DNA of 64,000 nt from Acidobacteriota bacterium (GTDB taxonomy: Bacteria; Acidobacteriota; Vicinamibacteria; Vicinamibacterales; CAVVIG01). The stretch lies in contig JACPZW010000003.1 in NCBI GenBank assembly GCA_016195265.1, positions 67,279-131,278 on the forward strand, given 5' to 3'. The notes beneath the pieces were generated by a model. The model did no database searches, was not told the origin of the DNA, and worked only from the letters and a program-made list of their open reading frames with translations. The first letter of the stretch is position 1, and every line of letters starts with the position of its first letter. Shown here piece after piece: positions 1-8,658 of this stretch. Both the position numbers and the translations under genes were made by a program.

Positions 1-619
1 CCGCTTCGGCGACGGCGGCGGACCATTCGTGGCCGCCCTCGAACGGCAGCGGATCGACGCGCACGCCGGCATCACGCAAACGCTTCACATCGCTCTCGAA
101 TGTCGCGGGCGCGTACCACTCGTCGCGCGCGCCGCAGCAGACGAGCGCCGCGGGAATACCGGCGAGGGCGGCGGCCGCGATCTCAGGCGGCACGTCGCCG
201 CCGACCGCAATGACGCCATCGACGGCGGGCGCCGCGACGGCCGCGCGAAACGCCATCGCGACGCCCTGTGAGAAGCCGGCGAAGACGACGCGGGGCGATC
301 CCGGCCACTCGCGCTGCACCGCCTCGACGACGGCGGCGACGTAGGCAAGGTTGTCGGCGATTGCGAGTTCACGGTCCTGGCGCGTCATCCAGCCTGCGAT
401 GACCTCGTTCGTCCGGCGCTGATAGAAGCGGTTGAGTCCCTGAATCGCCACGATCCGCCAGCGATCGGCGCCGGGAATCGCGCGCAGCCGATCGAGCTGG
501 GCCTCGGCGCCTTCCGCGTACCCATGAAAGCCGACGAGCAGGGGCGCGGGCGCCGGCGTTGACGGCAGCTCGATCAAGTATCGCCCGTGCGTGGAGGCGG
601 CGATCGCGCGTTCGATCAC
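1..619 (-). CDS. alpha/beta-hydrolase, phospholipase/carboxylesterase-type esterase (3' end outside window)
   Basis: Not in the ORF track because there is no stop in the window. Reverse-strand translation from GTG at ~619 reads VIERAIAASTHGRYLIELPSTPAPAPLLVGFHGYAEGAEAQLDRL...VVFAGFSQGVAMAF (GxSxG nucleophile elbow)...CCGARDEWYAPAT. The start overlaps the vapC stop. Confidence 0.6.
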   Translation of the reverse strand, partial: MIERAIAASTHGRYLIELPSTPAPAPLLVGFHGYAEGAEAQLDRLRAIPGADRWRIVAIQGLNRFYQRRTNEVIAGWMTRQDRELAIADNLAYVAAVVEAVQREWPGSPRVVFAGFSQGVAMAFRAAVAAPAVDGVIAVGGDVPPEIAAAALAGIPAALVCCGARDEWYAPATFESDVKRLRDAGVRVDPLPFEGGHEWSAAVAEA

Positions 620-1023
620 CACAGTACCTTGACAGTTCCGGAGCCGCGGATCTGCACGTCGCGCGTGATCAGCGGCAGGCCGACGGTCTGCGCCGCGGCG
701 CAAATCAGCGCGTCGAACGGATCGCGCGTGAATCGCAGCTCGTCGGCGATGAACACCTGCTCGGGCGTCGTCTCCATCGGGTGAAACGCAGGATTGCTGA
801 AGAGATCGTCGAAGAACGCGCGCACGGTCCGGCGCAGATTGATGCGCCCGACCCGCGCGAGCAGACTCACTTCCCAGATCACGACGGTCGGGACGTACAC
901 GATCGCTTCACGGCGCTCGCAGCGATCGAAGCAGGCGGCGGCCTTCGATCCCAGCCGTCCGTTCCCGACGGCGTGAAAGATCAGCGCGTGCGTATCGGTG
1001 ACGGCCGCGTCGGGATCAGCCAC
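616..1023 (-). CDS. vapC: PIN-domain toxin VapC
   Basis: 135-aa ORF with a PIN-like pattern (N-terminal acidic TDTHALIF, C-terminal LPLITRD). It overlaps the upstream small antitoxin ORF by 8 nt. Confidence 0.8.
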   Translation of the reverse strand: MADPDAAVTDTHALIFHAVGNGRLGSKAAACFDRCERREAIVYVPTVVIWEVSLLARVGRINLRRTVRAFFDDLFSNPAFHPMETTPEQVFIADELRFTRDPFDALICAAAQTVGLPLITRDVQIRGSGTVKVLW

Positions 1024-1336
1024 GACGCTTCCGTTTCACGGGCCGCGCGCCGCCGAACGGAGGACTGGACTCCCGGACCATCAGCGGCCGGCGAAGCGAC
1101 GTCAGATACATCCCGCGAATGACTTCGTCGGCCTGCTCGAGCATCGGGTCGCCCGGATCGATGTCGATGGTCCCGACAACTGACCGCGCGGGCCCGGCCT
1201 GGCCCGCGGTGCGTGCCGCGGTCACCAGTTGATCCAGCAGTTCGCTGACGCTGCGGACGCCCGCGGCGCCCACGCGTCCCTTCAGCCAGGTGAGGTTGTC
1301 GGCGTCGAGCGTGAGGGAGATGGCTCGCTTCGGCAT
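1016..1336 (-). CDS. type II antitoxin (RHH/CopG-like) paired with VapC
   Basis: 106-aa ORF directly upstream of and overlapping vapC. The N-terminus MPKRAISLTLDADNLTWLKGR is typical of ribbon-helix-helix antitoxins. Confidence 0.6.
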   Translation of the reverse strand: MPKRAISLTLDADNLTWLKGRVGAAGVRSVSELLDQLVTAARTAGQAGPARSVVGTIDIDPGDPMLEQADEVIRGMYLTSLRRPLMVRESSPPFGGARPVKRKRRG

Positions 1337-1360
1337 ACGATATCTATACGATATCGTATA
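1335..1360. promoter_or_regulatory. candidate TA operator: perfect 16-bp palindrome plus 10-bp direct repeat at the antitoxin start
   Basis: TATACGATATCGTATA (1345-1360) is a perfect palindrome. ATACGATATC occurs twice, 11 bp apart (1335-1344 and 1346-1355). The site abuts or overlaps the antitoxin ATG (1336). Confidence 0.5.
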
Positions 1361-1369
1361 ACGACGTGT

Positions 1370-1397
1370 GTTCAGGGTGCAAGGTTCAGGGTTCTGA
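1370..1397. repeat. degenerate heptamer array GTTCAGG GTGCAAG GTTCAGG GTTCTGA
   Basis: Four consecutive 7-nt units read directly. The array overlaps the stop codon of the ferredoxin-like gene. Confidence 0.6.
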
Positions 1398-1772
1398 GCC
1401 CCATTCGGATCGGAGCGGGTGCTGGAGGATCAGGAAATCACGCACCGCGCGGCCTCCGATGAGATGTTCCTGGATGATGCGTTCGAGCACCGGCGGATCG
1501 CACTGGCCGTACCATGCACCTTCCGGATAGACGACGGCGACGGGGCCGCCTTCGCAGACGCGCAGGCAGTTGGCCTTGGTCCGAAGAATCCCGCCCTGCT
1601 CCGAGAGTCCAAGCTCTTTGAGGCGTCGCTTGAGGAAGTTCCACGCCTCGAGGCCGCGATCCTTCTCGCAACACTTCGGGTTCGTCTGATCGCAGCAGAG
1701 AAAGATGTGGCGGCGCGCCACCGACGCGCCGATGCTCTCCGCAACGGCGCGCTGCGATTCTTGATCAGTCAT
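1386..1772 (-). CDS. thioredoxin-like [2Fe-2S] ferredoxin family protein
   Basis: 128-aa ORF with Cys clusters [12 protein letters not shown] and CLRVCEGGP, as in TRX-like 2Fe-2S ferredoxins. Confidence 0.55.
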   Translation of the reverse strand: MTDQESQRAVAESIGASVARRHIFLCCDQTNPKCCEKDRGLEAWNFLKRRLKELGLSEQGGILRTKANCLRVCEGGPVAVVYPEGAWYGQCDPPVLERIIQEHLIGGRAVRDFLILQHPLRSEWGSEP

Positions 1773-1800
1773 CAGCCCTTGGCCCTCAGCCCTAGACCCC
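1773..1800. repeat. heptamer array CAGCCCT TGGCCCT CAGCCCT AGACCCC filling the spacer between two genes
   Basis: Read directly. Its reverse complement shares the 16-mer GCTGAGGGCCAAGGGC with 27203-27218. Confidence 0.6.
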
Positions 1801-3831
1801 GAACTCTTCGGCGTTCCACTTCAAGCCGAGCTCGCTCGGCGGCGCCATATAGCCGACGAGCGCGGACGCGGCGACCACCGCGGGGCTCGCCAGGTAGCCT
1901 TCGCCGCCGAGGCCCATGCGATTCTGCCAGTTGCGGTTGAACGACGTGATCGCGCGCTGCCCTTTCTGGAGCGCGTCCGGCCCCTGCCCGAAGCACGGGC
2001 CGCACCACGACTGGCGTATCTCGCCGCCGACCGACCGGAACGTCTGCGCGATCGAGTCGCCGCCGAGCCGCCGATCGGGCTGCTCGATGAGGCGCCCGAC
2101 GCCTCCCGATCCCGGGAACACGATGAACGCCTTCGCGGCCTTCGTCGCGCCCTGCGTGCGCGCCGCGCGAATCACGAGCGCCGCCGTCAGCAAGTCGTCG
2201 TAGCTGCCGTTGGTGCACGACCCGATCATCGCCTTGTCGAACGTCAGGCGCTCGCGCGCGACGTCCTCGGCGGGAAACGCGTTGCCGGGACTGAAGGGCT
2301 TGGCGATCATCGGCGCGACGTTGCCTAGGTCGAGGTCCTCGTCGATCGCGTACGTCGCGTCCGCGCCGGGCGCGAAGCGCGGATACGGCAGCTCGGTGAT
2401 GCCCTTCGCGCGGTACCACTCGAACGTCGTGTCATCCGGCGCGAAGATGCCGTTGAGCGCTTCGGCTTCGGCCATCATGTTCGCGATCGTGTTGCGGTAC
2501 GCGATCGGCAGCTGCCGGTTCGCGTCCACGAGCTCGACCGACATGCCCTGCGACTGCGCGGGGCCCCAGCGCCGCAGCAGCTCGAGCACGATGTCCTTGC
2601 CGCTCACCCAGGCCTGCAGCGCGCCCGTGAACCGCACGCGCCGCGCCTTCGCGAGCGTGAAGTAGATGTAGCCGGTGGACCAGCCAAAACCGAGCGTCGT
2701 CGATCCGACGCCCATGCCGACGGCGCCGTACGCGCCGTACGCGCGGCTGTGCGAGTCCGCGCCGGGAATGAACTGCCCCGGCATCACGAGTCCCTGCTCG
2801 GGAAAGTAGAAATGAAAGATGCCATCGCCGGGCGTCGCATAGTACGGCTTCACCAGCCCGTGCACGCGCGCGAATTCGCGTCCGATCGCCGTCTGCTTGT
2901 CGTCGACGGCCTTGCCGGTGAAGACGAAGTGATCGTTGGCGACCGCGGCCTGGCGCGGATCGATCGCGCGGCCTCCGGTGATCTGGTTGAACGTGTGAAT
3001 CGCGAACGGCGCCGTGCCATCCGACGCCGGCAGCAGATCCGCGTAGACGCGCAGCGTCGCGCCGGGCGTCACCTCCGCGGACTTGTCCACGCGGTGCGCC
3101 CAGACGATCTGCTCGGTGGACGTCATCCGCCCGGCGGTCTCCGGATCCGGCCATTCGATCTTCGGCGTGACGTCGAGCGACGCGGCGAATTCGCGTCGGC
3201 CGGCGGCAAAGATGCCGCCGCTCCGGCGGATTTCGTTTTCCTTCGGCGTCAGCGGCAGCGGATCGTACGTCTTCTGCTGCGTGACGTTCGTCAACGTGCG
3301 GGTCTGCGGATCAAAACTGAACGCGTCGCCATCGCGCGCGTCCGCCACGGCCTCCGGACTCTGCACGACGTGCAGGCCGAGGTTCAAGGCGTTGCGCCGG
3401 AAGATATCGCCCATGTTGGCGCCGGCGACGACGACCATCTCGAGGCCGACCTCGTCGGCGACGCCCTTCAGGCCGGCGGGGCTCATCTCGCGCGACGATC
3501 CGATTGCGAACCGATCGCCCGCGACGAGAAACGTCTCGCCGCGATGCACGCGCGCCCGGAAGTCGGGCATCAGATACCGGAACGATCCCGCCTTCCACCG
3601 TTCGTCGAGCGTGTCGAGGCTTTCCGAAACGCAGTCGGCGGCGGGGGTGATCTGATCGGTGTCGATCGCGTCGAGTTTCTTCTTCTTGCCGGGGATCTTC
3701 AGGTCCCAGAAAATCAGGGCGGTTCCGCGAATAATGACGCTCGACTGCGCAGGGTCCGCGGCCGCGCCGGTGGCGCCCGCCGACTCGCGTGAGACACCCG
3801 GTTTCAGCCGGGCAGGGCAAATCAGGTGCAT
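1792..3831 (-). CDS. aconitase-family hydro-lyase, fused LeuD-like swivel domain followed by LeuC-like core
   Basis: 679-aa ORF. The N-terminal segment [12 protein letters not shown]...FAIGSSRE is small-subunit-like. The core carries the Fe-S ligand motifs [14 protein letters not shown] and CGPCFGQG. The exact start is uncertain; ATG 3831 is the only canonical start upstream of the swivel domain. Confidence 0.75.
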   Translation of the reverse strand: MHLICPARLKPGVSRESAGATGAAADPAQSSVIIRGTALIFWDLKIPGKKKKLDAIDTDQITPAADCVSESLDTLDERWKAGSFRYLMPDFRARVHRGETFLVAGDRFAIGSSREMSPAGLKGVADEVGLEMVVVAGANMGDIFRRNALNLGLHVVQSPEAVADARDGDAFSFDPQTRTLTNVTQQKTYDPLPLTPKENEIRRSGGIFAAGRREFAASLDVTPKIEWPDPETAGRMTSTEQIVWAHRVDKSAEVTPGATLRVYADLLPASDGTAPFAIHTFNQITGGRAIDPRQAAVANDHFVFTGKAVDDKQTAIGREFARVHGLVKPYYATPGDGIFHFYFPEQGLVMPGQFIPGADSHSRAYGAYGAVGMGVGSTTLGFGWSTGYIYFTLAKARRVRFTGALQAWVSGKDIVLELLRRWGPAQSQGMSVELVDANRQLPIAYRNTIANMMAEAEALNGIFAPDDTTFEWYRAKGITELPYPRFAPGADATYAIDEDLDLGNVAPMIAKPFSPGNAFPAEDVARERLTFDKAMIGSCTNGSYDDLLTAALVIRAARTQGATKAAKAFIVFPGSGGVGRLIEQPDRRLGGDSIAQTFRSVGGEIRQSWCGPCFGQGPDALQKGQRAITSFNRNWQNRMGLGGEGYLASPAVVAASALVGYMAPPSELGLKWNAEEFGV

Positions 3832-3860
3832 GGGTATATTGGTATCATGGTGTCGCGCAT

Positions 3861-4280
3861 ATGTCCGAACTCAAAGACCAGCCGCTGCGCGCCTCCACGT
3901 CCGAAGCCGTCACCAATAACGTGCGCGTGGAAGTCGAGTCGCAGTACGCGGCCGACCTGTCGCAGCCGTTCCAGGGCCAGTGGGTGTTTCTCTACACGGT
4001 CCGCATCACGAACGAGGGCGAGGACACGGTGCAGCTGTTGAGCCGGCACTGGATCGTCAAAGACGCCACCGGCCACGTCGAGGAGTACAAGGGCGCCGGC
4101 GTGATCGGTGAGCAGCCGACGCTGGTGCCCGGCGAGTCCTTCCAGTACACACATCGCTGCCCGCTCAAGACCTCGACGGGCATCATGCGCGGCACCTACC
4201 AGATGGTCTCCGAGAACGGGGACCATTTCGACGTCGAGATCGCGCCCTTCGCTCTCCACGAGCCCTACACAGTTCACTAG
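3861..4280 (+). CDS. apaG: ApaG (DUF525) protein
   Basis: The internal Met of ORF 3789..4280 gives MSELKDQ...VRVEVESQYAADLSQPFQGQWVFLYTVRITNEG...HWIVKDATGHVEEYKGAGVIGEQP, the characteristic ApaG pattern. Confidence 0.85.
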   Translation: MSELKDQPLRASTSEAVTNNVRVEVESQYAADLSQPFQGQWVFLYTVRITNEGEDTVQLLSRHWIVKDATGHVEEYKGAGVIGEQPTLVPGESFQYTHRCPLKTSTGIMRGTYQMVSENGDHFDVEIAPFALHEPYTVH

Positions 4281-4297
4281 CCACCAGCCACCATTCG
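4281..4297. repeat. CCACCAGCCACC word (reverse of the GGTGGCT heptamer) forming the whole apaG/recQ convergent spacer
   Basis: The 17-nt spacer CCACCAGCCACCATTCG lies between the two stop codons. The same heptamer word recurs at 16939-17003, 19716-19729, 39162-39207 and 39405-39433. Confidence 0.5.
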
Positions 4298-6241
4298 TCA
4301 GTCCGGACGGCGGTACGTGCGGATCGCGTCGAGAAACGCGTCGCCGAAGTCGGCGGCTTTCTTCGCGCCGACGCCGTAGACCTCGTGCAGGTCGTCGACG
4401 GTCTTCGGCCGCCGCTCGACCATGTCCCGCAGCGTCGTGTCGTGGAAGATGACGTACGGCGGCACGCCTCGTGCGCGCGCGAGGCGCAGGCGGACGTCGC
4501 GCAGCACGTCGAAAAGGTCCGAATCCGCGGTCACCGTGAAGGTGTCGCGGACTGAGGATCGGCTGCGCTTGCGTGACGCCGGCGGCACGACCTCGCGATA
4601 CAGCCGGCACGCGCCGTCGCCGCGCAGCAGCGCCATCCCGCTGCCGGTCAGCCGCAGCACGGGATACGGCTCGCCTTCGCGTGCCATCAATCCGTCGCCC
4701 ACGAGCTGCTCGATGTAGCCGCGGATCGCGGACGTGGACTCGTTTTTCAGCAGACCGAACGTCGAGAGATCCTGATGGCCCGCGGCGACGACTTTCTCTG
4801 TAGCCTTCCCTGTCAGCACGTCAGTGACGTGCGCCGTGCCCCAGGTCTGCTTCACCCGCGCGACGCACGACAGGATCTTCTGCGCGAGGGTGACGGAGTC
4901 GGCGACGGGATCGAGCTCCTTCAGGCACCAGTCGCACGCGCCGCATTCGGGGGCGCTGTAGGTCTGGCCGAAGTACTCCACGAGCGAGCGATGCCGGCAA
5001 CGCGTGCCGGCGGCGTAGCGCTCCATGTCGCGCAACAGCGTCCGCGCGCTTTCGCTCCACTCGCCGTTGGCCTCGAGCATCTGCCGCCAGCGGACGAAAT
5101 CGCCTCCGCCATATATAAGGACGCACTCCGCGGGCAGGCCGTCCCGGCCCGCGCGGCCGGATTCCTGCTGGTAGTGCTCCGGCGACCGCGGCGCGCCCGC
5201 ATGAACGACGAAGCGGACGTCCGATCGGTCGATGCCCATCCCGAACGCGACGGTCGCGACCACGATGTCCGCGCGCTCGTCGAGGAACATCTCCTGATGA
5301 CGGCTCCGCACGCCGTCGGCGAGCCCGGCGTGATACGGCACGGCGCGGTGCCCGTCGGTCTGCAGCCACTCCGCGAGCGCCTCGACTTCACGCCGCGACG
5401 AGCAGTACACGATGCCGGCTTCCTTTTCGTGCCGCGCGAGGATGTCCTGCAGCTGGCGATGGAGGTTGCCGCGCCGGATCACGCGGTACGTGAGGTTGGG
5501 CCGATCGAACGAACCGACCAGCACGGACGGATCCTGGAGCCGCAGCTCGGTGACGATGTCGCGCCGCACGCGCTCGGTCGCCGTCGCGGTGAACGCGTGC
5601 ACGGAGACGCCGGGGAAATCCTCGCGCAGCCGTCCGAGCTGCCGGTACTCCGGACGGAAATCGTGCCCCCACTGGCTGATGCAGTGCGCTTCGTCGATCG
5701 CGACGAACCGGACGCCGGACTGCGCGAGCAGCCGCCGCAGCGACTGGCTTCCCTCGCCGACGATGCGCTCGGGCGAGACGTACAGCAGACGGCAGCGGTC
5801 CTCGCGCACGCTCGCGATCACCTCGTCGCGCTCGTGCGGCAGCAGCGTGCTGTTCAGGTACGACGCCTCGACGCCGTCGACGCGCAGACCGTCGACTTGA
5901 TCCTTCATCAGCGAGATCAGCGGTGAAATGACGAGCGCGACGCCACGTCGATCTGGCGGGTGGGGACGTTGATCAGGCGGGTCCAGAAGGACCCGCCCTA
6001 CATCGGGATTCGTAGGCCGGGTCCTTTCGGACCCGGCATCGACGATCGCCGGCGCCTGGAAGCACAGCGACTTGCCGCCGCCCGTCGGCAGGACGACCAC
6101 GCTGTCGCGCGACGAGAGGATCGCGTGCATGGCCTCGCGCTGGAGCGGACGGAATCCGGAGAAGCCCCACACGCGGTGGAGCGCCTCCAGCAGACACGCG
6201 TCGTACGCGGCGACCCGCGTGTCGCGGCCGGCCGGACACAC
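4298..6241 (-). CDS. recQ: ATP-dependent DNA helicase RecQ (with an in-frame 31-codon insertion)
   Basis: Motifs PTGGGKSLCFQ, SPLISLMKDQ, AIDEAHCISQWGHDFRPEY, the Zn-binding CRHRSL...CGACDWC and a C-terminal HRDC-like region. GTG start at 6241. Confidence 0.9.
   Translation of the reverse strand: MCPAGRDTRVAAYDACLLEALHRVWGFSGFRPLQREAMHAILSSRDSVVVLPTGGGKSLCFQAPAIVDAGSERTRPTNPDVGRVLLDPPDQRPHPPDRRGVALVISPLISLMKDQVDGLRVDGVEASYLNSTLLPHERDEVIASVREDRCRLLYVSPERIVGEGSQSLRRLLAQSGVRFVAIDEAHCISQWGHDFRPEYRQLGRLREDFPGVSVHAFTATATERVRRDIVTELRLQDPSVLVGSFDRPNLTYRVIRRGNLHRQLQDILARHEKEAGIVYCSSRREVEALAEWLQTDGHRAVPYHAGLADGVRSRHQEMFLDERADIVVATVAFGMGIDRSDVRFVVHAGAPRSPEHYQQESGRAGRDGLPAECVLIYGGGDFVRWRQMLEANGEWSESARTLLRDMERYAAGTRCRHRSLVEYFGQTYSAPECGACDWCLKELDPVADSVTLAQKILSCVARVKQTWGTAHVTDVLTGKATEKVVAAGHQDLSTFGLLKNESTSAIRGYIEQLVGDGLMAREGEPYPVLRLTGSGMALLRGDGACRLYREVVPPASRKRSRSSVRDTFTVTADSDLFDVLRDVRLRLARARGVPPYVIFHDTTLRDMVERRPKTVDDLHEVYGVGAKKAADFGDAFLDAIRTYRRPD
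5971..6037. repeat. REP-like doublet (two inverted GTAG-headed hairpin units) inside recQ
   Basis: GATCAGGC-GCGGGTCCAGAAGGACCCGCCCTAC (unit in reverse orientation, 5977-6001), then ATCGGGATTC, then GTAGGCCGGGTCCTTTCGGACCCGGC (6012-6037). Each unit is a GC-rich stem with a tetraloop. Confidence 0.75.
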
Positions 6242-6251
6242 GGGGCCGGCC

Positions 6252-7481
6252 CTACGCCTTTCTCGCGTAATTCGTCACGACGTAATCATCGACGAGACGC
6301 TGAAACGCGGCCGCGAGCTCGTCGTACGTGCCGCGCAGCGTGGTGACGTGCCGGCCGTCGATGTACACGGGGCAGCTCGGCTCCTCCCCAGTGCCCGGCA
6401 GGCTGATGCCGATGCTCGCGGCCTTCGACTCGCCGGGCCCGTTGACGACGCAGCCCATGACGGCGAGCGTCATGTTCTCGACGCCCACATGCGTCGTCTT
6501 CCACTCGGGCATTTTCTCGCGGATGTAGCCTTGGATCCGCTCGGCGAGCTCCTGGAACGTCGTGCTCGTCGTGCGCCCGCAGCCGGGACACGCCGTCACG
6601 CTCGGCGAGAACGAGCGCAGGCCGAGCGCCTGCAGCAGCTCGCACGCGGCGTAGACCTCTTCGCGGCGATCGCCGCCGGGCCGCGGCGTCAGCGAGACGC
6701 GAATGGTGTCGCCGATGCCTTCGTTCAGCAGCACGCCCATCGCCGACGCCGACCAGACCAGTCCCTTCGTGCCCATGCCGGCCTCGGTGAGACCGAGGTG
6801 CAGCGGCTGATCGGTCGCACGCGCGAGCGCGCGGTAGACGGCGATCAGATCCGGCGGCCGCGACGTCTTGCAGGAAATGATGATCTGGTCCTTCCGGAGA
6901 CCCGTCTCGATCGCGAGCGCCGTCGACTCGACCGCCGACAGCACCATGCACTCGTTGATGATCTCTTCCGACGACTTGCCAAGGTTCCGATCCGTGTTCT
7001 CCTGCATCTTAGAGACGACGAGCTCCTGGTTCAGCGAGCCGCCGTTGACGCCAATCCGCACCGGCTTGCCGTTAAGCACGGCGACCCTGCAAATTGTGGA
7101 GAACTGCTCGTCGCGGCGTTTGCCCGTGCCGACATTGCCTGGATTAATACGGTACTTGTCGAGCGCCCGTGCGCAGTCCGGGTACTTCGTCAGGAGCAGG
7201 TGGCCGTTGTAATGAAAGTCGCCGATGAGCGGCGCGGAACAGCCGGCGTCGAGCATCCGCTGTTTGATCTCGGGCACCGCCGCCGCGGCTTCCGGCAGAT
7301 TCACGGTGACGCGCACCAATTCAGATCCGGCTTCGGCGAGCTCGATGCACTGCTGCGCGGTCGCGCGCGCGTCCGCCGTATCGGTCATCGTCATCGACTG
7401 GACGACGATGGGCGCGCCGCCGCCCACCTGGACGTGACCGACCTTCACGCCTACCGTTCGATGAACCTTTATTACGGCCAT
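6252..7481 (-). CDS. ispG: 4-hydroxy-3-methylbut-2-en-1-yl diphosphate synthase (flavodoxin) IspG/GcpE
   Basis: 409-aa ORF: [11 protein letters not shown]..., [10 protein letters not shown], and C-terminal Cys ligands ([19 protein letters not shown]). Confidence 0.9.
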   Translation of the reverse strand: MAVIKVHRTVGVKVGHVQVGGGAPIVVQSMTMTDTADARATAQQCIELAEAGSELVRVTVNLPEAAAAVPEIKQRMLDAGCSAPLIGDFHYNGHLLLTKYPDCARALDKYRINPGNVGTGKRRDEQFSTICRVAVLNGKPVRIGVNGGSLNQELVVSKMQENTDRNLGKSSEEIINECMVLSAVESTALAIETGLRKDQIIISCKTSRPPDLIAVYRALARATDQPLHLGLTEAGMGTKGLVWSASAMGVLLNEGIGDTIRVSLTPRPGGDRREEVYAACELLQALGLRSFSPSVTACPGCGRTTSTTFQELAERIQGYIREKMPEWKTTHVGVENMTLAVMGCVVNGPGESKAASIGISLPGTGEEPSCPVYIDGRHVTTLRGTYDELAAAFQRLVDDYVVTNYARKA

Positions 7482-7555
7482 GAATCTCTCATGGTAGCAT
7501 CCGGCCTCGGCAGGTCTGAAGGGGTGATTAGTCAGGCTGCCGCCATCGAGGAGCT

Positions 7556-8533
7556 ATGAAAGCGATTCGCGTGCATGCGTTCGGCGGACCTGAAGTTCTC
7601 AAACTCGAAGACATCGCGGACCCGAAAGCCGGGCCCGGCGACGTCGTTGTGCGCGTACGCGCGGCCGGCGTGAATCCGGTCGACGCGTACATGCACACCG
7701 GGACGTACGCGCGGAAGCCGCCGCTGCCGTACACGCCGGGCTTCGATGGCGCGGGCGACGTCGAGAGCGCCGGCGCCGACGTGAAGGGGTTCGCGAAAGG
7801 CGATCGCGTGTACATCGCGGGCCCGGGCAACACGATCTCGGGCGCGGGCACGTACGCGGAGCGCGCGATCTGCATTCCGTCCCAGCTGCATCGCCTGCCG
7901 GCGCGGACGTCGTACGCGCAGGGCGCGGCGCTCGGCGTGCCGTACTGCACCGCGTATCGCGCGCTGTTTCAGCGCGCGCGGGCCGTGGCCGGCGAGACCG
8001 TGCTCGTGCACGGCGCCACCGGCGGTGTCGGCATCGCGACCGTCGAGCTGGCGCACGCGCGCGGCCTGACGGTCATCGGCACCGGCGGCACCGACGCCGG
8101 ACTCGCGGCCGTGCGCGAACATGGAGCGGATGTCGTCGTCAGCCATCGCGCCGTGAACTACGCCGACGACATCATGCGCGCGACCGGCGGCCGCGGCGCC
8201 GACGTCATCATCGAGATGGCCGCACACATCAATCTCGATCGCGATCTGTCGATGCTCGCCCGGTTCGGCCGCATCGTCGTCGTCGGCAACCGCGGAAAGA
8301 CGGAAATCGACGCGCGCGGGGCGATGGGCCGCGACGCCGCGATTCTCGGCATGACGCTCTTCAACGTCACGGACGCCGAGTTCGTCGAGATCCATGCCGG
8401 CCTGATCGCCGGACTAGCGAACGGGACGCTGAACCCTGTCGCCGGACGCGAGATGCCGCTGGCCGAGGCCGCGCGCGCCCACACCACGGTCATGGAACCA
8501 GGAGCGCTCGGCAAGATCGTCCTCACGGTATGA
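7556..8533 (+). CDS. NADPH:quinone oxidoreductase / zeta-crystallin-type MDR dehydrogenase
   Basis: 325-aa ORF: GVNPVDAY, PYTPGFDGAGDV, VLVHGATGGVG Rossmann motif. GAGGAG RBS upstream of the ATG. Confidence 0.8.
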   Translation: MKAIRVHAFGGPEVLKLEDIADPKAGPGDVVVRVRAAGVNPVDAYMHTGTYARKPPLPYTPGFDGAGDVESAGADVKGFAKGDRVYIAGPGNTISGAGTYAERAICIPSQLHRLPARTSYAQGAALGVPYCTAYRALFQRARAVAGETVLVHGATGGVGIATVELAHARGLTVIGTGGTDAGLAAVREHGADVVVSHRAVNYADDIMRATGGRGADVIIEMAAHINLDRDLSMLARFGRIVVVGNRGKTEIDARGAMGRDAAILGMTLFNVTDAEFVEIHAGLIAGLANGTLNPVAGREMPLAEAARAHTTVMEPGALGKIVLTV

Positions 8534-8658
8534 GCGCAGCTGGCATCAAAACGACGGTCCTCACCGCTCTCGTTTTCGCCGCCGTCGCACTCAGCGTCTC
8601 CCGCGCGCGCCTTCACGCGCGAGGTGAAGCGCGTGCTGCGGAGCGGTGTCCTGCCTGA
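8530..8658 (+). CDS. small hypothetical membrane/secreted peptide, possibly the 5' part of a frameshifted gene
   Basis: The ATG overlaps the qor stop (ATGA). It encodes MSAAGIKTTVLTALVFAAVALSVS..., which is signal/TM-like. GC3 bias moves to the frame of ORF 8624..8818 after ~8620. Confidence 0.25.
   Translation: MSAAGIKTTVLTALVFAAVALSVSRARLHARGEARAAERCPA

Noticed and set aside
3826-4041. A leaderless-type geometry (TATATT, 6 nt, ATG at 3847) upstream of apaG, suggesting a start at 3847.
   Set aside because: That ATG is out of frame with the ApaG homology region and opens only the Arg/Ser-rich 71-aa ORF 3826..4041. The ApaG start at 3861 fits the family N-terminus.
8647-8658. The TGA ending the small ORF at 8656-8658 (…AERCPA-TGA-CGGCCAC) considered as a selenocysteine codon, a programmed frameshift, or a disrupted CxxCH heme-binding motif of a mini cytochrome c.
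   Set aside because: Removing one base gives CPACGH, not CxxCH. No SECIS-like hairpin follows. There is no prfB-like slippery or SD context. The distance to the putative Met ligand region is far too short for a cytochrome c fold.
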